DNA from: Amphiscolops sp. MND2022
Taxonomy: Eukaryota
Assembly: GCA_964187785.1 (NCBI GenBank)
Contig: OZ076413.1
Coordinates: 43,030,001-43,094,000 of the forward strand
DNA: 64,000 nucleotides
Reading direction: 5' to 3'
The position numbers and the translations under genes are program-made. Shown here piece after piece: positions 48,836-61,583 of this stretch. Numbering within the stretch: position 1 is the stretch's first letter; every line of letters starts with the position of its first letter. The notes under the pieces were generated by a model that searched no databases, had not been told where the DNA came from, and saw only the letters and a program-made list of their open reading frames with translations.

Positions 48836-49883
48836 TTTCCGGTAGAAAAACGCTGAAATACCCCTAAACATTCGAAAATTTCTGATGATTCAATAAAATT
48901 GTTGCAAAATTTTTGAGATATGTCGTGGATAAGAATGGTGTAACCATTCACCATCAACTGAATCCGGTATCCGGTAGGCTTGCTGGAAGCGATATGTGCA
49001 GTTAGCGTTTGAAAAGCTCGTCAAATTGACCCAAAGGAGTCGAAATTATCAATTTTTTCTGTTTTGGAAATATTCAGTGACTTTTTATGTAAATAGGTTA
49101 ATGAAAATTTGGAAGGTTGGGTACTGGTTTTCACTCAGTTCAACAACAAAACAATTAAGTACATAGCGTACTTTTGAAACAGCTAATATCTTTGAAAATG
49201 GAAGAAGATGAATCACAAAGTGTCGAATTTTTCATTCCTTCAAACTTTTTCATTAGGGCATTTTCAAAAGGCCTTGGCTAATTTTGAGCCTCAAAATCAT
49301 GTCGTAGTAGAACAGTTTGGGGCGGAAAATATCCCTGTTGTCAGTGGGAGTGTTGTCAATGGAATTAGTTTAAAGGAACATTAATTTCAACACTGCGACA
49401 CTGCGGAACTTTAATTTCAACAAATAGCATTCCGGGAAATAGTTTCAACACTAGAAATTCACTTTTAACAAGTGAAATTCAAGTTCAACATCACAAAATT
49501 TCAAGGTGACATTACCTTACAATTCTTAACCTGGCTCCACCTTACAACAAGATACCAAGTATTGACAAGACTCGATTACTGGCTTCAATCAATACCAACG
49601 AATTTTTTTCTGAACATAGCAAAATGTTCAGGCATTAATAGAATCACTGCCGAATAAATTGTCGGCTGAGACACAGATAAACAAAAAGATGGAAAGCAAA
49701 GGGTAATGCCGAGATGAAAACAGCTATTGCAGAATGCCATGAAAATAATCCGTTCCTTACAATAAACGAGATTAATTTTCGATTAGTAGCTGATTTGCCA
49801 GAAAATCAACACCTTCAACTAAGACATTGTCTCACGCGTCCAATGAAGATGCTTCCCAAATACTCCTCATTATTTAACTTTAT

Positions 49884-50090
49884 TGAGGCCGCTATAAGAT
49901 TTGTCGTCTAAATATTCCATCATTTCAAAACCATTCATTTTGAAACTTCTCCACTGAAGTTGTCATTCTGGTAATTTAACTGAAAAACAAATTTTTTCGG
50001 TGGCCAGTTCTCTTTTTATAGCGGCCTCACTAACGAGAAGTCTCAAAATGAACGGTTTTGAAATGATGGAAAAGTTAGACGACCAATCTT
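49884..50090. repeat. Permuted inverted repeat pair
   Basis: 49896-49951 is the reverse complement of 50035-50090 (~55 bp, few mismatches). TGAGGCCGCTATAA (49884) pairs with TTATAGCGGCCTCA (50016). Confidence 0.75.
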
Positions 50091-50141
50091 TTGTTATAGA
50101 CACATCAAAATGCAGAATGGTTTCATGGTTCAATGATATAC

Positions 50142-50368
50142 TGTGTGAGAGGCTAAGCTAGAACTCTCGAAACTGACCTCTAAACAATTGAGAAAACTGT
50201 TTGGTTGTTGACAAATAGATTTGTATCAAGCCATAAAACAGAAGAGTTCATTTATCACATAGTCTTGAAAAGAATCAGTCAATTTACAATTTTTACACAA
50301 CATTCTTCATTCTTCTAACTCCAGCAGTTTGGAGTTATATTCCGACATACTAGAAGTCACCGTTAACA
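50142..50368 (+). repeat. 5' LTR of second Gypsy
   Basis: TGTGTGAGAGGCTAAGCTAGAAC...CACCGTTAACA. Confidence 0.9.
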
Positions 50369-53300
50369 TGGCGCTGCGAGCAGACACGAGCCAGAAGACA
50401 GCAGCAGGCGGGACGTCAGCATTGGCGGGCTTGCCATGTTATTGGGATGTGGCAGAATGTCCTCCTAAAACAGAATGGAAGAAATGGTGGGACTTATTCG
50501 CGATGGCGGTAAACGCAAAGTATTCAAACTCCGTTCCTGATGTAACAAGAACAGTAACTGAACAACAGCCACGGCAAGCGGCACTCATCAACAATCTAAA
50601 CTAACAAGCAGCTGAAAGAAAGATTGTCAGCATTTTATTTCTATCACTGGGATCAGCTATGAGGAAAAACCTCATAGACAAGTTCCCATACATGGTTGTA
50701 GCAGCAGCGATATTGAGGGAAATGCAAGAAAATTGCGAACAGACGTTTGTGAAGCCGCGTAACAGAACGCTCGACAGGTATAAGTTCTTTGCACGTAAAC
50801 AAAAAGAGGATGAAGCGCTAAGGCAATTTTGGAACGTTCTCACAGGGCTAGCACCAAAGTGCGAATTCGGTGATCAGACCAATAGTCTGATTTTGGATGC
50901 GTTCATACAGAATATCAACAATGAAACAGTGCAACAACGCTTGTGCACAGACCCAAAGGACATACCAGACGAAGCATTGAGATTCGCCGTGGTTTTTGAA
51001 GAAGGCATTAGCCAACTGCGAAGTTTTGGCAGAGAAGTTGAGAAAATCAAAGACGAACCAATATGCAGCAATATTGAACGACCCCAGAATCCATTCACGA
51101 GATGTCGACTAGAGTTTGTGCAAAATCACTTATCCACATGCGAGGCCAAAGATGAACCACGTCGAAATTGTGGAGGAATTGGCCATTTTGCACGAATATT
51201 TGTCGAAATTTCAGGGGATCGGCTAGAAAAACAATTACTGGCAGAATGAGAAGAGTGGACCTGATTGACCAACAAAACAACCAATCAGAAGGCAGCACCG
51301 ATGAAAAAGCGGACAACGTAATACTACACGTGAACGGAGAGGGAGCGCCACCATTTGTCTTGAAGGAAAAAATAAATAACCAACCATTTTGTACGATGAT
51401 CGACTCAGGATCACCCATTACAATCTTCACCCAAGGAGATTTAAGGAAAATCCTTAAATTAGACGTGACATTTGCTAGACCCTTACCAAAATCAGAAGAG
51501 TCGTTGACTATAACGGGCGACCATCGAATCTTTTAGGGTACACGACAGTTGACGTAAAGGTGGGGAAGAAAACTATAAAGAAGGACAGAGTGATCATCAC
51601 ACGAGAAGGCAAAAAGTCGCTAATCGGACGAGTCTGGTTGGCATAACTGAACTTCAGAGTCGCAAGGTCAAACAAAATTAGTGAGTATAGCAGTAGTATG
51701 AATAACAATAACAGCAAACAAAAAACAAAACAAAGCAATCGGCAGAACTGAAAAGATTAGAACACAAATTTCCAATAATTTTTACTAGGCAAGGGCGGAT
51801 CGTAGGCCATATGATCAAAATAGAATACAAAGAAGGCACAAAAATTACCCTACAAAAGGGGCGTAGAGTCCCATTTCATTGAAAGAAACACTTGATGCTG
51901 AAATAAAAGGTTTATTGAAAGCAGGTCATATTGAACGAATTGACAAAATCACTGACGAGACACTCATTCAGCCAGTGATGATTACAGTCAAAAAAGACCA
52001 AAGCGTCAAAATAGCGCTAGATGCCATATCACTGAACATTGCCAAATTAAAGAACAAATACCAGGTGCCAAATTTGGAGAGTCTGGTGGAAAAGATAGCG
52101 GGAATATTCAATGGGAAACGAGAAGGAAAGGTATGGTTTACATCACTGAACATGTTATACGCATACAGTCAAACAATTCTACACCCAGAAACAGCCAAGC
52201 ACTGCAACCTTGAAATCATCGGTAGACCAACAATAGGAACCTACGCATTCAGAACAGGCTATTATGGTCTTACAACAATGGTGCACCGGATTTCCAGCAA
52301 ATAATGGACAGAATACTACGCAACACGAAAAACACTTTTTCATTCATCGACGATATAGTGATAGTAACGACGGCACGAAAAAGGACCACATGAAAACAGT
52401 GGAGACAGCGGTGCAGGCAATGGAAGAAGCAAGAATTCGTCTAAAAGCGGAAAAACGCTAAATCCGAGACACAATGGCTGATATATCAATTAGCAGCGGA
52501 TGAAATAAAACAGATGAAAGACAAAGTGCAGGGAATAACGGATAAACTACGGCCCAAGAATTTGAAAGATCTACGATCATTCATGGTTTCGATCAATCAG
52601 ATGAACAAATTCATATCCAATCTAGCAAATTTATGCGCACCACTAAGGTCACTACTGAAAAAAGACAAAGAATGGATCTGGCAGGAAGAACCCGAAAAAA
52701 CTTTCAATAAAATCAAGGCGGCAATGAAAACAATGACAGCCCTCGAACATTTCAAAAGAAATCTACCGCTACGCATTATTTGCGACGCAAGCAAAGAATG
52801 TTTGGGGGCAGTTCTGCAACCACAATCAGAAGAAGGTTGAGAAACAACCTACTTCGCATCTAGATTTTTCACCTATTTCGAGAAAAAGTACTCAATTAAT
52901 GAGCTAGAGCTTTTAACCGTAATTTGGGCGATAGAAAATTTCCAAAATTATGTGTATGGTACCGAATTTGAAGTGGTATCAGATCATAAGGCACTTATGA
53001 CAATATTGAAAGACAATCGAGCAAATAAAACAGTCTCCTCCAGACTAACCAGGTGGTTAGATCCTCTTTTGCCATTTCAGTTCATGGTAGTCCAAGCATC
53101 AGGCAGAACGTTAGCGATGACCAACTATCTCTCCCGCCATTCCTCAGAGAGAAATAGTAACGATAATAAATTTTAAACAGAGGAATTATGGCACAACTGG
53201 TTCACAGCAAACGAAATAACAAGAGTTAAATTTGTTTCAGAATATCATCAACAGCAGAACATCGCCAAACAGCCAATCTGAGAGCAGGTGAAAGCCGAGC

Positions 53301-54700
53301 GCAAATTGGCAAAAGCAAGCCACGTGAGAAGTGCGAGTGAACAATATGAGAATGCGAATGAGGCAAGTGGCTTAGAACAGCGTAAAAGAATTAAACAGAG
53401 AATCAAACATATAAGCATCGATAGTTAAAGCACAGTTTCAAACAAGTGAAAGTGAGCAAGACGCCGACATTGCGGTGGACAATGACCTGATTGACGCGGC
53501 TAACCAGTCACCAATAAAAAGCCCAATTTGATACTCAATAAATCCGATCAAGGTTCTCCAACCATTAGAAAATCATACATTTGCGGCTCGATAAGAGTCA
53601 GACGAATTTATGCAAAAAAATCATTGGGCTCTTCAAAAAGCCGGACAGAACTAAAATCAGCTGCCTTCCTACTCAGTGGCGCAAAAAGTACAAATGCCTC
53701 AGTCTAGACACGAACGACTTCGTTTATATGGACGAATGATAGGTGATCCCCAAGGCCTTACGACCGATGATTATGATATCGTTACGCTACGGTCACCCTG
53801 GACGCGGCGCAATCTTGGCAACAACTTCCAACGTGTGATGGCCGCGGCTCCACAGAGACGTGGTCACAATTGCCAGAGAATGCCTGCAATGCAACGAGTC
53901 CGGTAAGATTGTAAAAACTTTACTCCGACAAAATCAAATAGGTAAAACACCAGAAAGCAAAGAATGTAATGAAGAAATATCAATAGATTCTACGGGGCCC
54001 GTAGAATGGACACGAGGCGCAAAACTGGCTGGAAGCTATAAAAAGCGCAAAGGTGTGCTACTCGAGCAATCAAATCACATAATCAGTTTCCTTCCCGCCG
54101 GAAGAAACCAACTTACAGTGCTATCAAAGAGAGACCTCGGTAGCAGTACCAATCAACCATGTTGCTCACGCGAGGCGGCCAAGAAGAAACTGCCACCATA
54201 ACAAATCTGGCAACTCAGAGTGATTCGCCAACTACCAGCGAAACAGTTAAAACACCAGATTGGCCAGAAATCTCAGTCAATCAACAAACCGAAAACCCGC
54301 CAAATTCGCACAGCCAGCCACAACGAAAGAAAATGCCGGCAATCAAACAACTAGAACAACAAATCTCAAAAACAAAAGGGGGAAGAGGATGACGAGGAAA
54401 CAGCCATCAAGAGCAATTGAAATTGCATCAGAATCAGATGAGATGAACGAAGAGAACACCACAAACAGTAACCTGCAAAACATAAAAGAAGAAATCACAG
54501 GCGACGAAGAACATACATCAGCACAGCAAGAATCAACAATCGTGATCGAGTCGACCGGTCAAAGCGAAGTGCCAGAACCAGCAGAACCACCACGCCGAGG
54601 AAGTCGAAACAGGCGCAAAACAGATTTCTTTGGACACAACATCAAGGTTACACAAGTAGCCCAAAGCCCAAACGCCGAAGCAAGAAAAAACAAGAACTAA
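50368..54700 (+). pseudogene. gag-pol: gag-pol remnant
   Basis: Gag RYKFFARKQKEDE..CEFG and a degenerate knuckle (NCGGIGHFAR); protease MIDSGSPITI; RT KIALDAISLN, GYYGL, FIDDI; RNase H CDASKECLGAVL, SDHKAL; integrase GHPG..CLQC..IDSTGP, then a jump to the C-terminus. Many stops and frameshifts. Confidence 0.88.
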
Positions 54701-54879
54701 AGAGACTAAAATATAAAACATATAAATAAACTGCAGATCAGACCTCTGCTAACCAATTTGTTACGCTTCCTAAAACCATTTTGTGTTTTGAGAATACTAG
54801 TCTATCATTAGCATTATACTTTTTATCACATTACTACCCGATTGTACTATTATCAACTGCCTAGTATTAAAAAGGGGGA

Positions 54880-55106
54880 TATGGGAGAGGCTAAGCTAGA
54901 ACTCTCGAAACTGACTTCTGAACAATTGAGAAAACTGTTTGGTTGTTGACAAATAGATTTGTATCAAGCCATAAAGCAGAAGAGTACATATACCACATGG
55001 TCTTGAAAAGAATCAGTCAATTTACAATTGTCACAACATTCGTCATTCTTCTAACTCCAGCAGTTTAGAGACATATTCCGACTTACTAGAAGTCACCGTT
55101 ATTACA
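54880..55106 (+). repeat. 3' LTR of second Gypsy
   Basis: TATGGGAGAGGCTAAGCTAGAAC...CACCGTTATTACA after the PPT. Confidence 0.9.
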
Positions 55107-55231
55107 TATATCCAAGAAGTTTTGTGGAACTAGAAGTTCTGTTACTTGAAGAAATTCTTCCGTCAATTTCAAGTTTTGTATTTTTGTTGAAATTGAATGT
55201 CTTGTGTTGAAAATAAAGTTCTGGAATGTCA

Positions 55232-55342
55232 CAAGACAGGGGAATATAAATTTCAACATTGCGAATCTTTGATTTCAACAAGTAACGGTTACTTGTTGAA
55301 ATCAAAGATTCGCAATGTTGAAATTTATATTCCGCTGTCTTG
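55232..55342. repeat. Near-perfect 111-bp palindrome
   Basis: 55241-55286 is the exact reverse complement of 55288-55333 (1-nt loop). It extends 8 bp further after one mismatch. Confidence 0.95.
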
Positions 55343-56933
55343 AAGTCAATTGACAAAAGGTATACTAACCCCTAGTAATCACATACCCCTAGTGCGCTGA
55401 ATGTAAGAGCGAAGACAACCGGAGCGATGTGCCATTGCTGATCCAACGTTTGACAAACGCCGTCCAAGAGGACCCAGAAGGAAGCATACCGAGTTCTATT
55501 GCTTAAGAACCTGGAGCCAGATCCGGGTGCAATGTGACATGCTCCAGCGTACGAACACATATTGCGGCGACTAGGCAGTCTGGTCCTATAGATGTAGGTC
55601 TGTTGGTAGAAGCTCATGTTTTAGACTGGATCGCAAAACATATCATAAACCAGCGTAGGTGTTGTTTGGCCCTTTATATTGTCAAATAAAAAATAAAGTA
55701 AAAAAAATGAGTATGACTTCAATGTAAGGTCAGCATCCCTTAATCAGAGTCAAGATCGGACAAAACTGGTACCAAAGAGAATATGCTTGATGATGTCAGA
55801 AACAAAAGAGCTAGTGGAGCAGTTCATGAGTGAAATAAATGAATAGGAATGAAAGCTGACAATTTTTTGAAACACTACAAAAGTTCGACACTGGTTTGTT
55901 GCGATCTCGCTCCTTCGAAAGAAAAATGAGGTTCAAATAGGCCTGCAAGGACAAAAGTTTTCTGGGGTTATTCTAGGCTGAAAACGTTTTTTTTTCTTTC
56001 TTAAAAACATCAACAAAAATTGAAAAAACCCAACGGGGAAAACTTGGTGTCATTGAGCTTTCAAAATTACTTCAAAAATGTAAAGAATCAAGGTGATTGT
56101 CACATCAGGATCTACTTAAGTTCTTGAAATGACTCAAAAGCTGGACCAAACTTTCCTCGATAAATGTCTCACACAGAGGGCAAACTTTTTGGTCAGCCAT
56201 CTATGTTTGCATGCTAAAACTACTCTTGGTCCAAAGCGGGACCTGCGTGCTTCTGTTTCTCAGGACCAATCAAAGATCCGCGGTAACATCCGCAATAGCT
56301 AAACCGAGTGGCAAGTACTTTTCAATAAATTTAGTGGTTTGAGACAGAAAAAATAAAGTTCCAAGACGCAGACCCCTTTCATTGAAGGAAAACGAAAGAT
56401 AGGAATGGTTCGTAGAAATATTTGACTCCTCAATTTAACGCCTCGTGGAAATTGGGTACTTCGAACAGTTTATGATTTCTTCATGTCAGGAAATGGTCGT
56501 TCAGCTTAATAGTCAGTTTAGGGAGCGTCAGTGGCTTGAGAGCAGGAGTTAGTCGTTTCAAATCCCCGGATGAAAGTTTTTTTTAAAATACTTTTCGGAA
56601 CTGTCATATCGATTAAAACATTTCACAAAAGATGTCCTTTTGAATGTTTGAATTTCTTTGATCTTTTTGAAAACTACCCAGTGCGTCGAATTCTGCCATT
56701 GGCGTTTCACTTTCATTCCCCATCACTTTTGCTTTATTTTTTTTTCAACCTCGAGGGAGTGCCAAAGAACAGTTTAATTGGAAACATAAGACATTTTTAG
56801 GGTAAACACTTAAAGTGTTTGATGCAGAATGGAATAGCGACGAATAATTTCGAGTTGAATGTTCGGGCCATACTGCAGACAAAGCCCGATCATTGCTTTA
56901 ATAGTTAAGGCCGAGCCCATTACTTCATGGTCT

Positions 56934-59892
56934 CTTCTTCTTCTTCTTCTTCTTCTTCTTCTTTTTGCCTCTCATCCATCACTGGGTATTGGCCATATCC
57001 TAACAGATCTTTCTCCATTTGGCTCGATCGGCATCCAGATTCGTAAGATGACTCTTCCAAGTCAGCTCAAAGTTTTTTTGCTGAGGTGGAAATGTCTCAT
57101 TATCAATTTATCGCATGCTTTTTTCAATCAACGCTCATTGGTAAGTCGCACTCCTCCAGGGGGTCTCTTCCAGTATGCTGGTGGATTATACAGGAAAAAG
57201 ATTTCGGGGAGCATTTCCGTAGACATTCTCAATACATGGCCGAGGTACTTCCATTTCATGTAAATAACCTCCATGCGTGAATCCATTTTGTGAGAGCAAC
57301 TGACCACTACTGCCAAACCAGTTCCCTGTAGTGTTTCTGATGCAGCGATTCTCAAAAGATTTCAGTCGGTCTAGATTGGAAATTTTGGCAGGCCAGGTTT
57401 CAGCAACGTATAGATGTACAGAACGGATGGGAGCCTTATATTGGTGTATTTCCAAGTTAGACGATAGATCTTTTCGTCACCAGAGCTTGCTAAGACACGA
57501 GAACGCAGATGCCGCCTTGCAAACACGTTCCTGTATTTCTGACACGATTTTTCCGTCAGGTGTAACTGTGCTGCCCAGGTAGGCGAATTCTTTTACAGTC
57601 TCTATCGGCTCTGCGTTGACTTTGAAGGCAAAATCCGTTGGCAATACAATGATCACTTCGCATTTACTGTGGTTGAGTTTTCACTCAAATTCGCCAAATT
57701 CGGCAGCTTTCATTGAAACTTTGTCAATAAGAACTTAGAGAGTTGCAGTGTCATAGTCAATGAGATCGATGTCGTCAGCCTAAATTAGATCATTCAACAC
57801 TACGCCCGAGAATATGCTGATGCAACCACTGTGCTGTGTAAGGGCTGCAATCATATTCTCGTCAACGCAGCGCGTGAACATTTCTGGTGAGCCAATGCTT
57901 CCTTGGCGTACTCCACAACAAATTTTGAACCTTTCCGTTTCCGTGAGTATTCCATTCACAAGAACCTGTGATTTGGTGTTACTGTACATGGCTTTATGGC
58001 TTTCAACGGGACAGTGTCTTTGTGTGCATTTCTTGGGCTTCAAGGGTGGCGAACAATGACTCGCGGTCAACGCTATCAAAAGCCGCGCACAAATCTAAAA
58101 AAGCATGAAAAAGAGGCTGCCTGAATTCCTGGTGTAGTTCTTTAAGTTGCCAAATGATTTTGCCTCAAGCGTTTAAAACATCAGAATTTGAGCACTCGCA
58201 TCTGGATTTCTGACGAGGGGAATTATTGTGGCAAATTCCCAGTCGGTTGAGATTTTCTATTGCTCCCAAGGGTTACTCGGAGCAGACGCTACATGCTCAG
58301 CCAAAACATAACAACCTGCTTTCAAAAGTTCTGCGGATATATTATCAGGTCCTGGGGTTTTGTTTTTTTGAGCTGTTTGAATACTGCAAAAATTTCAGTT
58401 ACTGATGGTGCTGCGGTAACAGTAGCCCATTTCTGTCTTTCCACTGGTGAAGGTGCGCTTGAGCTAGCAGCACTATTAGGCAGTTCTGAAAAATGACCTT
58501 TCCATCTGTGCAAGTTCAAAGCAAAATCAGCAATTGTCTTAGCGTCTTTTCCATCCCTTGTCGTAGGAACTCCGACAGGCTTGAACACCTTAGTTTGATT
58601 GTTTAGCCAGTTTGAACACCTTAGTGTGATTACCAATAACCTTTGACGTTTCCAGCTCTTCTGCTACTTTTGACCAGTGTGCCGCTTGGTCACGTCGAAC
58701 AATACGTTTTATGTCCTAGCTGAGTTGTCTTACAAGTGGAAATTGGAGGTTGGCTCTGGCTGCTTTCCGCTTTTCAATGAGGTTTAGGGAATTTCCTGAT
58801 ATCCAAGGTTTCGACCTAAACTTCTTCAAGGAGGGTTTTTCCTGTGCTGCTTTGAGGATAGCGTTTTCAACAGTTTCCAATCCTCTTCTACCTGTGGATG
58901 GGAGGAACGATTTTCAAGCTCATGGTAAAGAGAAGATTTATACCCCAAGGGGTTGTTTGTATCTTTCAGTTGTTTCACATCGAACCGCGGGGTTCTAAGG
59001 TTTGCTTCCCACTTGATGGACTTCAATCTTATTTTCGTTTTGACTAGGGCGTGGTCAGTACTGATATCTACGCCCCATTAGGAACGGCTGTTGGTTATAT
59101 GACCCTTCATTTTCTCCCTCACGAGAAAAAAAAATCGATTTAGTTCCTTGTTTTGCCTTCAGGGCTCTCCTATGTCACCAGGTGCTTTCTTTTATGTTGA
59201 AATTTTTTTATTCGTCGCAATAAGCCTATTCTCGTCCATGAAGCTGAGTAACCTTTTACCATTTTCACACACTGTTCCTTGAGCAAAGTTACCCAGTGAT
59301 GGCGCTTGCGTTCCTCCTAACTGGGCATTGAAATCCCTCGCTCCAATACGAACTTTTGCTATTCTTTCACTAATTGGAGTCCGTTCTAACACACAGTTTG
59401 CTATCCTTCGGTTCATTGCAAAACCAACTCCATCGCGGCCCTTGAGTGTTGTGCCTGTATGGTACAGGTGCATTTTTTCACCCGTTGGCTCTATCAAGAT
59501 TGTTTGGTTTTCTTCGGGCAGGCTTGTTTCTGAAACGCAGCAGATATCGACGCCTTTATTCTTCAGGGTCAAGTCGCGGCAGAGTTGTTGGTCCGCACTC
59601 AGGAGTGTGCGGACATTCAAGGCTGCGTTATTGAGTGTCTCGCGTAAGCGGGGGACTCCTTGGCTTGTGTCCCACTTTAGCGGGGGGACTCCCTCGCTTG
59701 TGTCCCACGTAAGCAGGGGGACGCCCTGGCTGCATTTGAGGCATGTTGATGAACTGTCATGATATGATTGGCTGTGATTCCTCAGAGATCGCTACTCGCT
59801 GCGGCACCAGAGTTCGGTTGGCCCTATTCGGCTGGTTGCAGAACAGGTTCACCCCTACACCACGATGAGTAGGAGTTGTATTTCATAGATGA
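56934..59892 (-). mobile_element. RTE-like LINE, near full length, decayed
   Basis: AP endonuclease LNVRTL..DICCVSET..DFNAQLG..NGKRLL..STDHALV; RT GVRQGSIGSPEMF, *ADDIDLI, FAYLGS; KWKYLGHVLRM..KRPPGG. The 3' tail is (AAG)n (plus-strand CTT repeats at 56934-56963). Probable TSD ACTTCATGGTCT (56922) / ACTTCATGATCT (59893). Confidence 0.88.
59635..59732. repeat. ~32-bp tandem repeat (3 units) at the LINE 5' end
   Basis: AGCGGGGGACTCCxTxGCTTGTGTCCCAC-like units at ~59647, ~59678 and ~59712. Confidence 0.7.
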
Positions 59893-61502
59893 ACTTCATG
59901 ATCTAACAAGCTGGGAACGGCCCATGTCGGCGCCTGGCTCAAGGTTCAAATAGAGCAAACAGTCTCAAATAAGCAAAGGGAACCTATTTTGAAAACTTTA
60001 ATCAAGCTTACCTAAGTCAAAAAATAACTGAAAGAATGCCCGTAAGAATAGAAAACCACTTCATCTCTAACTCGAAATATCAAGAAACATAATTTAGTTC
60101 ACTTTTATGTTTTGGAAAAATCTGAAAGTGCCGAAAAACCCAGAAGGAGATTGTAAAGAAAGTAAAACGCAGTAAAAATGAAAGAGACACCATCTGAACA
60201 AATCAAAGCTTCTTTTCTCAATAAAACGTAACTCAGTGCCGAAAACCCGTAGGCCTTATCCAAAATTATTGCGGATAATTATTATCGCATCTTTCCCACA
60301 AAGAGGTTTTTCTAAAGACTCCGAAAACAGTTTTATATAACCAAAAACCTCAAAAAAACTAAAACAAATTGAAGGGAAAACAATTGTTTGAAAATTTTGG
60401 TTCAGGGCAGGACTCGATCCCACTCACTTCGTTTCTCAGGCCCTGTCACCAGGCCTGGAAATCAGGCTAAGATCTGCTAGGCCGAAAGGCGGAATCATCG
60501 GCATTGTTTGGTGAAAAGAAAACTTTTATCAAAATTCAAACGGTGGACGTAACCAATGCCAGAGTCTTTCACTTTTTGCTAGAAAACGCCAATTAAAAAC
60601 GAGAGTGAAGAGATCACCAAAGCCGACTTCTAGAAGTGACTAGATCGTGTAACAATTCAACCGCAAGAAGTTTACAGAAAAAACTTTGAAAAGGTTTTCT
60701 TGTACATTAAAACATCATAAAGGCCGGACAGGAATTGAGTGTAAGCAGCTTTTCTAGTTTCTGTATGAGACCAATTAAAATTGAAAAACTGATCAAGGGG
60801 AAACTTCAGTGCTTAAAAACGACTTATGATTCATCAACGTACTTGGGCTTTCGGCGATCTATTTTCAACAGACATCGATTTCAAAACATATGCCGATTAC
60901 GTTTAGGACCTCGTTCTGTTCAAACAAACCTTTGGTCTGTAGAGCATGTACGGAGTTCAAACGTTTCGACGCTTTCAATCATTGTTTCCGATATATTTTC
61001 GGTGAAAGTTTTGCGGCTATCATCCAAGTTCCATCTTTTGAATTGAGCACAAAAAATTAGTTGATTTCCTCTTTTATATTTCTCAAAACTGTAGTCAAGA
61101 TCATCTTTGGATCTTCTGTCATGGGCTCCGTGAATTTTTCTGGATTTTTCTACCATTCACCATTTGCTATCAAATGATTCAGGCATGAAAATGATGTCAT
61201 TGTCAGGTGTGTAAGATCAATGATTTATATTTTGGAATTGCATGCTTGTTTCGTCATTCGAGTGTCAATGTTGAAATCTCTATTAAAGTTTGTTCAGAAT
61301 TGATTCCAACGCTTCTTGTGATGGAGGGCGGCACCTTTTCGGGTAGATTCGACAGCTTTTCATTTTCCTCCCACATTAATGGGGGAGGAAAATCATGATA
61401 ACTGTTGCGTTTTTTTTCCAAATTCTGCCAACTTTTTATAATCTCCTGGTGCTTATAAAAGGAGTTGCCATTTGGCTGTATCCGAACTTGGGGTCATAGT
61501 TA

Positions 61503-61583
61503 TATACGAAGTAAATTGCGTTTTACTATTATACGAAGTAAACTGCGTTTAACTAATATACGAAGTAAATTGCGTTTTACTAA
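61503..61583 (+). repeat. 27-bp tandem repeat (3 units)
   Basis: TATACGAAGTAAAxTGCGTTTxACTA at 61503, 61530 and 61557; partial copy at ~61635. Confidence 0.85.

Larger units (their letters stand above)
50142..55106 (+). mobile_element. Decayed Ty3/Gypsy LTR retrotransposon (~5 kb) with integrase core deletion
   Basis: LTRs 50142-50368 and 54880-55106 (roughly 90% identical by eye); tRNA-Ser-like PBS TGGCGCTGCGAGCAG at 50369; PPT AAAAAGGGGGA; imperfect TSD TATAC/TATAT. Confidence 0.9.

Noticed and set aside
56505..56575. tRNA-like sequence (TAGTCAGTTTAGG...GTTTCAAATCC)
   Set aside because: Only A/B-box resemblance and no cloverleaf. At most a worn SINE head. The same applies to ~60400-60445 on the minus strand.
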